Source of the DNA: an uncultured Armatimonadetes bacterium
GTDB taxonomy: Bacteria > Armatimonadota > Hebobacteria > Hebobacterales > Hebobacteraceae
Assembly: GCA_963716175.1 (NCBI GenBank)
Contig: OY970296.1
Span: 3,488,001-3,552,000 of the forward strand
Length of the DNA: 64,000 nt
Reading direction: 5' to 3'
Shown one piece after another: positions 1-8,697 of this stretch. Under the pieces are notes generated by a model. That model did not search any database. It saw nothing but the letters and a program-made list of their open reading frames with translations, and was not told the origin of the DNA. Within the stretch, counting starts at the first letter, position 1. Each line of letters opens with the position of its first letter. The translations under genes and the position numbers were made by a program.

Positions 1-804
1 CGCATCAACCCGGGCAACCTGCGCCGGCGCGAGCAGGTGGAGGCAGTGGTCTCCGCGGCTGCGGAAAAGGGGATCCCGATTCGCGTCGGCGTGAATGCTG
101 GATCCGTCCCCGAGGCGATCCGCGCCCGTCACGAGGGTGAGGGGGATGTGCAGGAGCAGCTCGCGGCGGCCATGGTCGAGGCCGCCCTCGACCACGTCGA
201 ACTGCTGGAGCACCTCGACTACCGCGATATTGTGGTGTCCCTCAAGGCCTTCGACTTGCGCACTACCTGGCTGGCCAACCGGCGTTTCCGCCAGCAGCGC
301 GACTATCCGCTTCACCTCGGAGTGACCGAGGCCGGCTTGCCGCCCTCGGGGATCGCTCGCTCCGCCATCGGGATCGGAGTGCTGCTGAAGGAAGGCATCG
401 GCGAGACCATCCGCGTCTCACTCACCGGCGATCCCGTGCTGCAGGTGCGGGTGGGGCGCGAGATCCTGGCTTCCCTGGAGCTGAACACCGTTGGCATCAC
501 TCTCATCACCTGCCCCACTTGCGGCCGCTGCGAGCTCGACCTGGCGGGACTGGCGCGGGCGGCCGAGGAGCGGCTGCGCCCGATTGACCGGGGGCTGCGC
601 CAGGCCGGGCGCTCCCTGCGGGTGGCGGTGATGGGCTGTGTGGTGAACGGACCCGGAGAGGCGCGGGAGGCTGACGTGGGGATCGCTGGAGGAAGCGCCA
701 GAGGTGTGGTATTCGTGCAGGGAAAGCCGGTCGCGACCGTGCCAGAGGGCAAGCTGGTGGAGGCGCTCATCCGCGCCGTGCACGAGCAGTTGGGTCCCGT
801 CTAG
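1..804 (+). CDS. ispG: 4-hydroxy-3-methylbut-2-en-1-yl diphosphate synthase (5'-truncated by window)
   Basis: Frame is open from base 1 (RINPGN); motifs IRVGVNAGS, YPLHLGVTEAG, IRVSLT, CPTCGR, MGCVVNGPGEA. Confidence 0.95.
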   Translation, partial: RINPGNLRRREQVEAVVSAAAEKGIPIRVGVNAGSVPEAIRARHEGEGDVQEQLAAAMVEAALDHVELLEHLDYRDIVVSLKAFDLRTTWLANRRFRQQRDYPLHLGVTEAGLPPSGIARSAIGIGVLLKEGIGETIRVSLTGDPVLQVRVGREILASLELNTVGITLITCPTCGRCELDLAGLARAAEERLRPIDRGLRQAGRSLRVAVMGCVVNGPGEAREADVGIAGGSARGVVFVQGKPVATVPEGKLVEALIRAVHEQLGPV

Positions 805-900
805 CGGCGGGCATGGGTCCCTAGGTCTGAAGGCCGGGATGGCGGTCGCCCACTGGCGACCTAGCCACATGCCCGCCCTACAGCGGACAGGGAGAACGAG

Positions 901-1272
901 ATGCCACGGCCTAAGCAGAGGATGACGGCGGTCGAGAGGCTTATCGTGCTCGCCATCATTGGCATCTTGCTTTCCATCGTCATGCCCAATCTTCAGCGCG
1001 CCAAGCGGCAACATCTTCGGGCTCGCCCGTCCGGCGCCAGGGTCACACAGCACGGCGATGAGTCGGCGGGCCAGCTCAACACCATCGAGGTGACGGAAGT
1101 GTCTCGCAGCCAGAAGCAGGGAGGCCCCGCGGCCAGCGGCCGCGCCATCCGCTCCCTGGCGCGAGTGGCCCTGATTGCCATCGCTGTGATCGCCCTTGTC
1201 AACGCCTACCGGCGTCGTTTCTTGCGGCCAGGTCCTTCGGACCGCCGCCCCGGCCCGCAGCCGCGGGCCTAG
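901..1272 (+). CDS. small membrane protein with degenerate type IV pilin-like N-terminus
   Basis: MTAVERLIVLAIIGILLSIVMPNL resembles the N-methylation helix; second hydrophobic segment near the C-terminus. Confidence 0.55.
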   Translation: MPRPKQRMTAVERLIVLAIIGILLSIVMPNLQRAKRQHLRARPSGARVTQHGDESAGQLNTIEVTEVSRSQKQGGPAASGRAIRSLARVALIAIAVIALVNAYRRRFLRPGPSDRRPGPQPRA

Positions 1273-1279
1273 GGGCAGC

Positions 1280-2026
1280 GTGCTCAGCAATAGCTTCCTG
1301 CACATCCCGGGGGTGGGGACCAAGACCGAGCAGCGCATCTGGGCTCGCGGCCTCACTACCTGGCAGGCCTTCCTTACGAATCCACCTCAGGCCGGGCTGT
1401 CAGCGCGAGCGACCCAGCGCATCGCGGAAGCGGTGACGCTCTCGCTGGATTGCCTCCGGCAGGAAGACCATCGCTTCTTCGCGGCCAGGCTGGCGCGGCG
1501 CGAGCACTGGCGCGCCTACCCGGAATTCTCACATCGCGTCGCCTATCTCGATATCGAGACCACTGATCTCTACGGGGATAACGTCACTCTCGTCGGGCTC
1601 TATGACGGCCGGGATGTGCGCGTCTACCAGCAGGGGGAGGACCTGGAGCAGTTCCCGGAGGACATCGGCCGCTTCGGCCTGATCGTCACCTTCTTCGGCA
1701 CCTGCTTCGACCTGCCCTACCTGCGTCGTCGTTTCCCAGAGATCGCCTTCGATCAGCTCCATATTGACCTCTGCCACGTGTTTCGCCGACTGGGCTTGAC
1801 CGGAGGCCTGAAGCGCATCGAGCAGGCCCTGGGCATCGCGCGCAGCCCGGAGACTGAAGGTTTGGATGGGTGGGACGCAGTCCGCCTGTGGCGAGAATGG
1901 GAGCGCGGCAGCCAGGAAGCGCTGGACCTGCTGAAGGCCTACAACAAAGAGGACGTGGTGAATATGGAGGTGCTGATGCGGTACGCCTACCCGCGGCTGC
2001 GGGAGAGGAGCGGGTTCCCGGGGTAG
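1280..2026 (+). CDS. RNase H-like (YprB/DEDD-type) exonuclease domain protein with N-terminal HhH
   Basis: HIPGVG HhH; AYLDIETT, TFFGTCFDLPYL, LKRIEQALG, YNKEDV; GTG start at 1280 inferred. Confidence 0.8.
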   Translation: MLSNSFLHIPGVGTKTEQRIWARGLTTWQAFLTNPPQAGLSARATQRIAEAVTLSLDCLRQEDHRFFAARLARREHWRAYPEFSHRVAYLDIETTDLYGDNVTLVGLYDGRDVRVYQQGEDLEQFPEDIGRFGLIVTFFGTCFDLPYLRRRFPEIAFDQLHIDLCHVFRRLGLTGGLKRIEQALGIARSPETEGLDGWDAVRLWREWERGSQEALDLLKAYNKEDVVNMEVLMRYAYPRLRERSGFPG

Positions 2027-2265
2027 GCGCGAGGCACAGACCGGGGGACGGGCGAGCGCTCGCTCCAGGGGATTCCTTCACGAGCGCTGAAGCTCTGTGA
2101 TACCGTGGTGTTCCGCACTCAGTTTGTAGGGCGGCCATGCCGACCGCTTCGCAGAAGCAGAAGGCATCGCCGCCATGTGGTCGGGGTGGACGCCCAGCAT
2201 TGGCGTCCCGGAAGCTATTCGGCGGCTATGCGCCCTTCCCCGCCCGGGGCGGACAAGCGCTCACG

Positions 2266-2291
2266 CTGTAGGGCGCATGGCCGCCCTACAG
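2266..2291. repeat. GTAG-type REP-like palindrome
   Basis: CTGTAGGGCG-CATGGC-CGCCCTACAG; related half sites near 870 and 2125. Confidence 0.6.
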
Positions 2292-2435
2292 GAACGGCAG
2301 GGAAGCGCGTGTCCACCGAAACGAGAGCCGCGGGCGATGGGGGCGGGCAGGAGGCGAGCTCCTGCCCAACGGATAGCGACAAGGGACGCCCTGCTTGGGC
2401 GTCCCTGCTCGCGATATCAGTAAGATCAGGCCGGG

Positions 2436-3635
2436 CTAGTCGTTCTCGCCTTTCTTCCCATGCCCCTTGCCTCGGCCTCGGCCGGGAGGCGGGCCCTGCT
2501 GCTTGTCGCGGCCCTTGACCTTGCCGGGGGGCCCCTTCTCGTCCGGCGCGCCCAGGATCCTCAGCAGATCTTTGTCGTGCTTCTTCGCCTGCCCGGGTGG
2601 GAAAGGCTTGGGCTTGGCCGGGACGATGACCACAGGCGGAGCCTGCTTCTTGGCCAACCCCGGGGGCAAAAGCGGATTGCCGTGCTTGATCCAGCCTTCC
2701 TTCCGGCCCCGGTCCCATCCAGGTGGACGATAATGCGGGTCCTCGCCCAGGCCTACGAAGAGCGGGGCGCGCTGGAAGTAACCATAGTGGTCAGGGTACC
2801 GTTCGGCTTCCTTGGCACGCAGAACCATGGCGTCAACGAGCGCGGTGCACCCCACGCCCTTCACCCGGTGGATGGCGAGCGGGTTGATAGAGTCGCTCGG
2901 CACCAGGGCCCGCAGGCGGACCCGGCCGCTGTCGAAGAGCTGATCGTACTGCCAGACCGCCTTGACCTTGGCCACGCTGGCCTGAGGGCCGGCCACCTGC
3001 ATCATCCCGATATAGGCTTTGCTGCCCACATCCAGATAGGGCACCACCTTGGTGGCGCCGTCCGGCAGGCTGCCCTGATTGCGGAACACGGTGTTGATGA
3101 AGCCGTTGATCTGGCCGCCGAACTGGGTCGTCGCCACTGCGATCGCCCCGGCCTTCAGCACATCCCCGGCGTTACAACCGACCGACGGGGATAGCAGATA
3201 AGAGTTACGGCTGAGGGCGATATCGAGCAGGCCGGTGATGCCGACCCCCCGCACCCGCTTGGCCTTGAGCGGATTGCTGGAGTTGATCGGCATCAGGAGC
3301 TTGATGCGATATTGCCGATTGTCGAAATCCTTCTCGAATTGGAGCACGGCCTTGGTCTGGCTGACCAGCTTCTGCGATCCGGCGACCTGAGCCGCGCCGA
3401 CATAGCCCTTCTCTCCCAGGCTCAGCACCGGCACGACTCTGGTGCTGACTCCCGGCGCGTTGGCTGAACCGACCAGGCGGTTGATCCCGTCGTTGGCCGG
3501 CTTCGCCACCGCGTTGACCACCGCCCCCACGGCTACCGTCTTCACCAGCATTTCACCGACGTTGGCCGCCTGCGCAACCCCCGCGGCCAGCAGCACGGCC
3601 ACCACTGCCCACCAGATGAGTGATCTACGAGTCAC
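2436..3635 (-). CDS. exported protein with duplicated ~120-aa domain and basic PPG(L/Q)AKK tail
   Basis: Signal peptide ending AQA; two copies of (R/K)VVP..GxKxYxGxxQVAG..KAV..P..S.NPL..RVxGVG; PPGWDRG, PPGLAKK and PPGQAKK motifs. Confidence 0.75.
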   Translation of the reverse strand: MTRRSLIWWAVVAVLLAAGVAQAANVGEMLVKTVAVGAVVNAVAKPANDGINRLVGSANAPGVSTRVVPVLSLGEKGYVGAAQVAGSQKLVSQTKAVLQFEKDFDNRQYRIKLLMPINSSNPLKAKRVRGVGITGLLDIALSRNSYLLSPSVGCNAGDVLKAGAIAVATTQFGGQINGFINTVFRNQGSLPDGATKVVPYLDVGSKAYIGMMQVAGPQASVAKVKAVWQYDQLFDSGRVRLRALVPSDSINPLAIHRVKGVGCTALVDAMVLRAKEAERYPDHYGYFQRAPLFVGLGEDPHYRPPGWDRGRKEGWIKHGNPLLPPGLAKKQAPPVVIVPAKPKPFPPGQAKKHDKDLLRILGAPDEKGPPGKVKGRDKQQGPPPGRGRGKGHGKKGEND

Positions 3636-3897
3636 TGTGCGTCCCTCCCTGTCCAGCCTCGCCCGTCCGCCTGAGGCAGGCGAACCAGGCCTGGACGCCC
3701 CCCACCGCCTCGGCGCAGCCTAGGGGAATATACCACATATCCGGAGGGCGGCGGGTTCGGTGCATTCCAAGGGAGAGAGACCCTGCCCCTTCGATGGCCA
3801 GGCCCGCCTGCGGCGGGCCGCCGTGGTCCCTAGGCCCAGAGCCGGGATGGCGGCCTGCGAACCAGGCGTGGCCACGGTCGGCCTTGGGCGACCTACA

Positions 3898-4009
3898 GAT
3901 TCTCTTGCGTTACGGTTACAGCCGTAACGCAAGAGAATCGCCTGTGCAGGCGTCAGACTCTCCGCTGAAGCGTTTCTTGCATTATGGTTGGCGTCACCAT
4001 AATGCAAGA
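3898..4009. promoter_or_regulatory. two related long palindromes in a divergent intergenic region
   Basis: 18-bp perfect inverted repeat at 3898-3939 and 14-bp perfect inverted repeat at 3975-4009, sharing TCTTGCRTTAYGG. Confidence 0.6.
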
Positions 4010-4106
4010 GACCCTATAGCTATTCCCATCTCTCCTGGACTCCTGATGACACGCGGGCGCCGCCGTAGTATCATCTATGGGAAACGTCACGTGGGGGGAT
4101 GAGGTT

Positions 4107-5621
4107 ATGTCGAAGGACATCGTACCTACGATCACGGAGCTGAATCTCTACGTTGATGACGGGGCGCTGGAGTTACTGTCCCGGCGGGACGCCGCGCGCC
4201 TGCAGGTGCTGCCCCTGCACGTCACCGGGAATGTGCTGACGGTAGCGATGGTCAACCCTGGCGATCTGCTCAAGCTCGACGAGCTGCGCCGCCTTACTGG
4301 CAGGGAGATCAGGCCCGCCCGCGCCGACCTGCAGGTGATAGACCGGGGTGTTCAGCGCTTCTACGGGGAGCGGGACGACCTGGAGACAGGCAGCGGGCTG
4401 ATGGAGCCGGGGCTGGTGGTGCAGGCCGATGCCCGCAGCGGCGTGGCCTTCCGGGCGGGCGAGGATGCTCCCGCGGTGGCGCTGGTGAACGAGTTGCTGG
4501 AGACCGCGATTCTCTCTCGCGCCAGTGACGTGCACATCGAGGCCGGTGCCACCAAGCTCCAGGTCAGGCTGCGCGTGGATGGGGTGCTGTTCGATCACCA
4601 GAGTTACCCCATGGACCTGCACGCGCCCGTGCTCTCTCGCGTCAAGATCATGGCCGGCATGGACATCGGCGACCACCGCCTTCCGCAGGACGGGCGCTTC
4701 GATGCCCGCTTGCGGGGCAAGGTCTTCGATGTCCGCGCCTCTGTGGTCCCTTCCATTTTTGGCGAAGCTGCAGTCTTGCGCTTGCTCCCGAAGACGGCGA
4801 CTGGCCTCAAGCTGATCGAGCTGGGCTTCTCTCCCGGTCATCTGGCGGTGATGGAGGAGATCGTCCACCGCCCTCACGGCATGATCTTCGCTACTGGCCC
4901 CACCGGCTCCGGGAAGACCACCACCCTTTACGCCATCCTCAGCCGGCTGGACCGCGTGGGCCGCAATGTGGTCACGGTCGAGGACCCGGTGGAGTATCAG
5001 CTAACCCGCGCCACCCAGATTCAGGTTCATCCCAAGATCGGCCTCGACTTCGCCGCCGGGCTGCGATCTCTGCTGCGCCAGGACCCGGATGTGATCATGG
5101 TGGGCGAGATTCGCGACCCGGAGACTCTGCGGATGGCGATTCAGTCCGCCCTCACCGGTCATCTGGTGCTGACCACTGTCCACTGCAACGACGCCGCCAG
5201 CGGCGCCGCCCGCTTGATTGACATGGGGGCCGAGCCTTTCCTGGTCGCCTCCTCGGCCACCGCCTTTCTCTCCCAGCGCCTGGTGCGCAAGATCTGCGAG
5301 GAGTGTCGCGTGCACGACTATGAGCCGCCCCAGGAGATGCTCGATCTGCTCCAGATCGAGCGAGGCACCTTCCACCGGGGGCGGGGCTGCGACCACTGCC
5401 GGGGGACCGGCTACTACGGCCGCACCAGCGTGTTTGAGATCATGATGGTGAACGAGGTGATTGCCTCCGCCATCACCCGGCGCGAATCAGCCGGTGAGAT
5501 CCGCCGCCTCGCCCGCAGCCTGGGCGTGGCGAGCCTGCGCGACGATGCCATCCAGAAGGCGCGAGAAGGCATTACCGCGCTGGAAGAAGTGGTGCGGGCA
5601 GTCTGGGTGCAGGAGGACTAG
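4107..5621 (+). CDS. GspE/PulE/PilB family secretion ATPase
   Basis: ASDVHIE, RLPQDGRF, Walker A GPTGSGKTTT, EDPVEY, LRQDPDVIMVGEIRD, Zn tetracysteine. Confidence 0.93.
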   Translation: MSKDIVPTITELNLYVDDGALELLSRRDAARLQVLPLHVTGNVLTVAMVNPGDLLKLDELRRLTGREIRPARADLQVIDRGVQRFYGERDDLETGSGLMEPGLVVQADARSGVAFRAGEDAPAVALVNELLETAILSRASDVHIEAGATKLQVRLRVDGVLFDHQSYPMDLHAPVLSRVKIMAGMDIGDHRLPQDGRFDARLRGKVFDVRASVVPSIFGEAAVLRLLPKTATGLKLIELGFSPGHLAVMEEIVHRPHGMIFATGPTGSGKTTTLYAILSRLDRVGRNVVTVEDPVEYQLTRATQIQVHPKIGLDFAAGLRSLLRQDPDVIMVGEIRDPETLRMAIQSALTGHLVLTTVHCNDAASGAARLIDMGAEPFLVASSATAFLSQRLVRKICEECRVHDYEPPQEMLDLLQIERGTFHRGRGCDHCRGTGYYGRTSVFEIMMVNEVIASAITRRESAGEIRRLARSLGVASLRDDAIQKAREGITALEEVVRAVWVQED

Positions 5622-6841
5622 CCGGTCGTCGGACGGCCCAGGCGGTGAGCGACTTCGTCTGACATCGGCTCCACTCTGGTGCCGGCATAGTAGTGCGCGA
5701 GGATCTCGGCCGCGGTGCGGCCCGCCTTCGCCATGGCGTTCGCTCCCCACTGGCAGAGGCCGACGCCGTGCCCGCTCCCCCGCCCGGCGAAGACAATGGA
5801 ATCGCCGTTGGGCGCGGCGGTGAAGTCGGCGCTGGGCAGGGTGTTCCAGCCGAGAGCTGAGTTGGCGGCGGCTCGCAGCGCGCCCGCGAGGAGGGTGACT
5901 TCCCCCTGTGGGCCCGAGATGCGGAACTCCTTGGGCCGCCCGTTCTCATCGCGCGGCCCGGCCTCAATGGCCGAGATGGGAGCGCGCACCCCGAACTGCG
6001 CCAGGGCCGAGGCGAGTGAGAGCTGTGGGATCTGGCGCGTCCAGACCGCCCGTGGTGAGTGAGCGCACAGCGCGGCGCCGCCCTCCACATCCGGGACCGG
6101 TCGGAGGTAGGGCAGTGGCTGGCTTCCCGACCAGGCCGTCTCGTTCCCGGCAGTGCGGCCGCCGCAGCAGTCGTGATAGACGGCATGGATGGGCTTGCCC
6201 TGGTAGGTGATGATGAGGCCGGCGGTGTCTCGCACCGCGGCATCGGTTCGCGCGTCTTCTCGTGACACACCGGTGTAGACCTGGCAGTGAGGCGCGTCAC
6301 AGAGGTCGTACCCTTCGGCGCGGTGCCGGCCGACAGCGGATAGAGCATAGGTTCTTGCCGCCATCGCCTGCGCCCTCAGGGCCTCCGGGGCGAAGCTCGC
6401 CGGAATCTCTGAGGCCAGTACCCCCCTCAGGTAATCCTCCAACCCCACCCGGTTGATCAGCATCAGCCGGTCTGATCGCGCCGAGATGGCGATGCTGCCC
6501 CGGTAGGCGCGTGCGTTGCGCCCGTCCAGGGCGACCTGGATCGGTGCCGGCGCGGAGATCACATAAGCGGCTGAGCGGCCGCCCCCGCGCGGCTGCGCGC
6601 AGGAGATCACCACCACGCCAGCTTCAGTCTCTGCCTCGAGCTTGGCGGCGGCCGGGAAGCTGGCCAGGCGATCGCCCCGCTCGTCGTGGAGGGTCAGCGG
6701 CCCCTGGCTGGTGATGGTACAGGCGATGACTCGCTGGCCGGAGAAGAGACCCACGGCGACCGTGGGCGTGAGATCAGAGCCAGCCAGCGGCGACGAGAGT
6801 GTGATGAGCGCGAAGCCGGATAGGAAGAGCACGTAGCGCAT
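5618..6841 (-). CDS. SpoIID/LytB domain lytic transglycosylase-like protein
   Basis: LEDYLRGVLASE, ALRAQAMAARTY, CQVYTG, GHGVGLCQWGA, EILAHYY. Confidence 0.9.
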   Translation of the reverse strand: MRYVLFLSGFALITLSSPLAGSDLTPTVAVGLFSGQRVIACTITSQGPLTLHDERGDRLASFPAAAKLEAETEAGVVVISCAQPRGGGRSAAYVISAPAPIQVALDGRNARAYRGSIAISARSDRLMLINRVGLEDYLRGVLASEIPASFAPEALRAQAMAARTYALSAVGRHRAEGYDLCDAPHCQVYTGVSREDARTDAAVRDTAGLIITYQGKPIHAVYHDCCGGRTAGNETAWSGSQPLPYLRPVPDVEGGAALCAHSPRAVWTRQIPQLSLASALAQFGVRAPISAIEAGPRDENGRPKEFRISGPQGEVTLLAGALRAAANSALGWNTLPSADFTAAPNGDSIVFAGRGSGHGVGLCQWGANAMAKAGRTAAEILAHYYAGTRVEPMSDEVAHRLGRPTTG

Positions 6842-6921
6842 GGCGGTACCCAGGAGTGTGACTGACAGGCCATACCACAACCAGGCTCCATGCTACCATC
6901 GCCGGGGCGGGGAGCTCTCCC

Positions 6922-7527
6922 GTGCCTGGTGAGCACTACTTCAGTCGCCGCCCCGCCGCCCGCGGGGAGCGCCGGATCCTCACTGTCAGCCTTCGCGGGC
7001 GAGAGCTGCGGTTGGCCACTGAGGCCGGGGTGTTCTCCCGCTCCCGCGTGGATTGGGGCACGCGGTTGCTGATCGAGCACATGGAGATCGGAACGGCTGA
7101 CCGCGTGCTCGACCTGGGCTGTGGCTACGGCGTGGTCGGGCTGGTGGCGGCGGGCCTGGCAAGCGAAGGGCGAGTGACGCTGGTGGACATCAACGAGCGG
7201 GCGGCGGCGCTGGCACGGGAGAATCTGCGCGCCAACGGGATCGAGAACGCGGAGGCCTTCGCCGGCGACGGGTTCGCGCCGATTGCCAGCCGGATCTTCG
7301 ATGTCATTGCGTTCAACCCACCCATCCGGGCCGGGAACGCGGTGATCCATCAACTGATTGAGCAGGCCAAGGATCACCTCGCGCCGGCAGGCCGCTTCTA
7401 CCTGGTGGGCCGGACCCAACAAGGAGTGGTCCGGCTGGCGGCGAAGACGGCTCAGGTGTTCGGCCAGGTGCAAGAGGTGGCCAAGGGCGGCGGCTATCGC
7501 GTCTACCTGGCACATCGTCCCTCCTAG
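6922..7527 (+). CDS. RsmC-like (MTS domain) class I SAM methyltransferase
   Basis: EHYFS, GVFSRSRVDWGT, VLDLGCGYG, NPPIRAG. Confidence 0.88.
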   Translation: MPGEHYFSRRPAARGERRILTVSLRGRELRLATEAGVFSRSRVDWGTRLLIEHMEIGTADRVLDLGCGYGVVGLVAAGLASEGRVTLVDINERAAALARENLRANGIENAEAFAGDGFAPIASRIFDVIAFNPPIRAGNAVIHQLIEQAKDHLAPAGRFYLVGRTQQGVVRLAAKTAQVFGQVQEVAKGGGYRVYLAHRPS

Positions 7528-7543
7528 TCCAGAAAGGATGGCT

Positions 7544-8605
7544 ATGCGCAAAGAATCGTTCGTCTTCCTCCAGGACCTGGTGAATGCCTCCAGCCCCTCG
7601 GGCTTTGAGCAGCCCGCCCAGGCCGTGGTCCGCGGTTATCTCTCGCAGTACGCGCACGAGGTGCGCACCGATGTCATGGGCAATGTCATCGCCTCGCTCA
7701 ATCCCGATGGGCACCCTCGGGTGATGCTGGCCGGCCACTGTGATGAGATCGGGTTCATGGTCACCTATATCACCCCGGAGGGCTTCCTGCACTTCTCGCC
7801 CATCGGCGGTGTGGACGCGCACCTGGTGCCCGGCCAGAAGGTCCACATCCACGGGGCCAAGGGCCCGGTGCTGGGAGTGGTGGGGAAGAAGGCGATTCAC
7901 CTGATGGAGGCGGAGGAGCGCAAGAAGGTGCTCCAGTTCCACCAGCAGTGGATAGACATCGGCGCCCCCAACCGCAAGGAGGCGGAGAAGCGAGTCGCCA
8001 TCGGGGACTGCGCCACCTTCGCCACCACTTTCGACCGGCTGAAGGGCGACATGGCGGTCGCCCGCGGCTTCGATGACAAGATGGGAAGCTTCGTCGTGGC
8101 CGAGGCGCTGCGGCTGGCCTCTCAGGTCAAGCTGAAGGCCGCGCTCTTCGCCGTGTCTACGGTGCAGGAGGAGGTCGGCTTGCGCGGGGCCACCACCAGC
8201 GCCTTCTCGGTCGCCCCTGACTGTGCGGTGGCGGTGGATGTCACGCACGGCACGGATTACCCCGACGCGGACAAGAAGCGCTACGGGGAGATCAAGCTCG
8301 GCAGCGGGCCAGTGCTCCACCGCGGGGCCAACATGAACCCGGAGGTGGTGAGCCGGCTGATGGCTGCGGCCAAGAAGGCCCGCATCGCTCACCAGATCGA
8401 AGGGGTGCCAGGGGGTAGCGGCACCGACGCCTGGGCGATTCAGCTCGCCCGAGGCGGGGTGGCCACCGGCCTGGTCAGTGTTCCTCTCCGCTACATGCAC
8501 ACGCCGATTGAGGTGCTCAACCTGCGCGACGTGGAGAGCGCGGCCCGTCTCCTGGCGACCTTCGCGGAGGGGCTCAAACCAGACGCCAATTTCGTCCCCG
8601 GGTAG
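7544..8605 (+). CDS. M42 family metallopeptidase
   Basis: PSGFE, AGHCDEIG, FDDKMG, VQEEVGLRGA, GTDA, YMHTP. Confidence 0.92.
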   Translation: MRKESFVFLQDLVNASSPSGFEQPAQAVVRGYLSQYAHEVRTDVMGNVIASLNPDGHPRVMLAGHCDEIGFMVTYITPEGFLHFSPIGGVDAHLVPGQKVHIHGAKGPVLGVVGKKAIHLMEAEERKKVLQFHQQWIDIGAPNRKEAEKRVAIGDCATFATTFDRLKGDMAVARGFDDKMGSFVVAEALRLASQVKLKAALFAVSTVQEEVGLRGATTSAFSVAPDCAVAVDVTHGTDYPDADKKRYGEIKLGSGPVLHRGANMNPEVVSRLMAAAKKARIAHQIEGVPGGSGTDAWAIQLARGGVATGLVSVPLRYMHTPIEVLNLRDVESAARLLATFAEGLKPDANFVPG

Positions 8606-8697
8606 AGAGACCTACAGCAGCGGCGGGCAGGCGGTTCCGGGACTGGAGTTCCGAAACACCGCAATAGGAACGCCCGCCCCACAGCAAGGGAGGCGGG

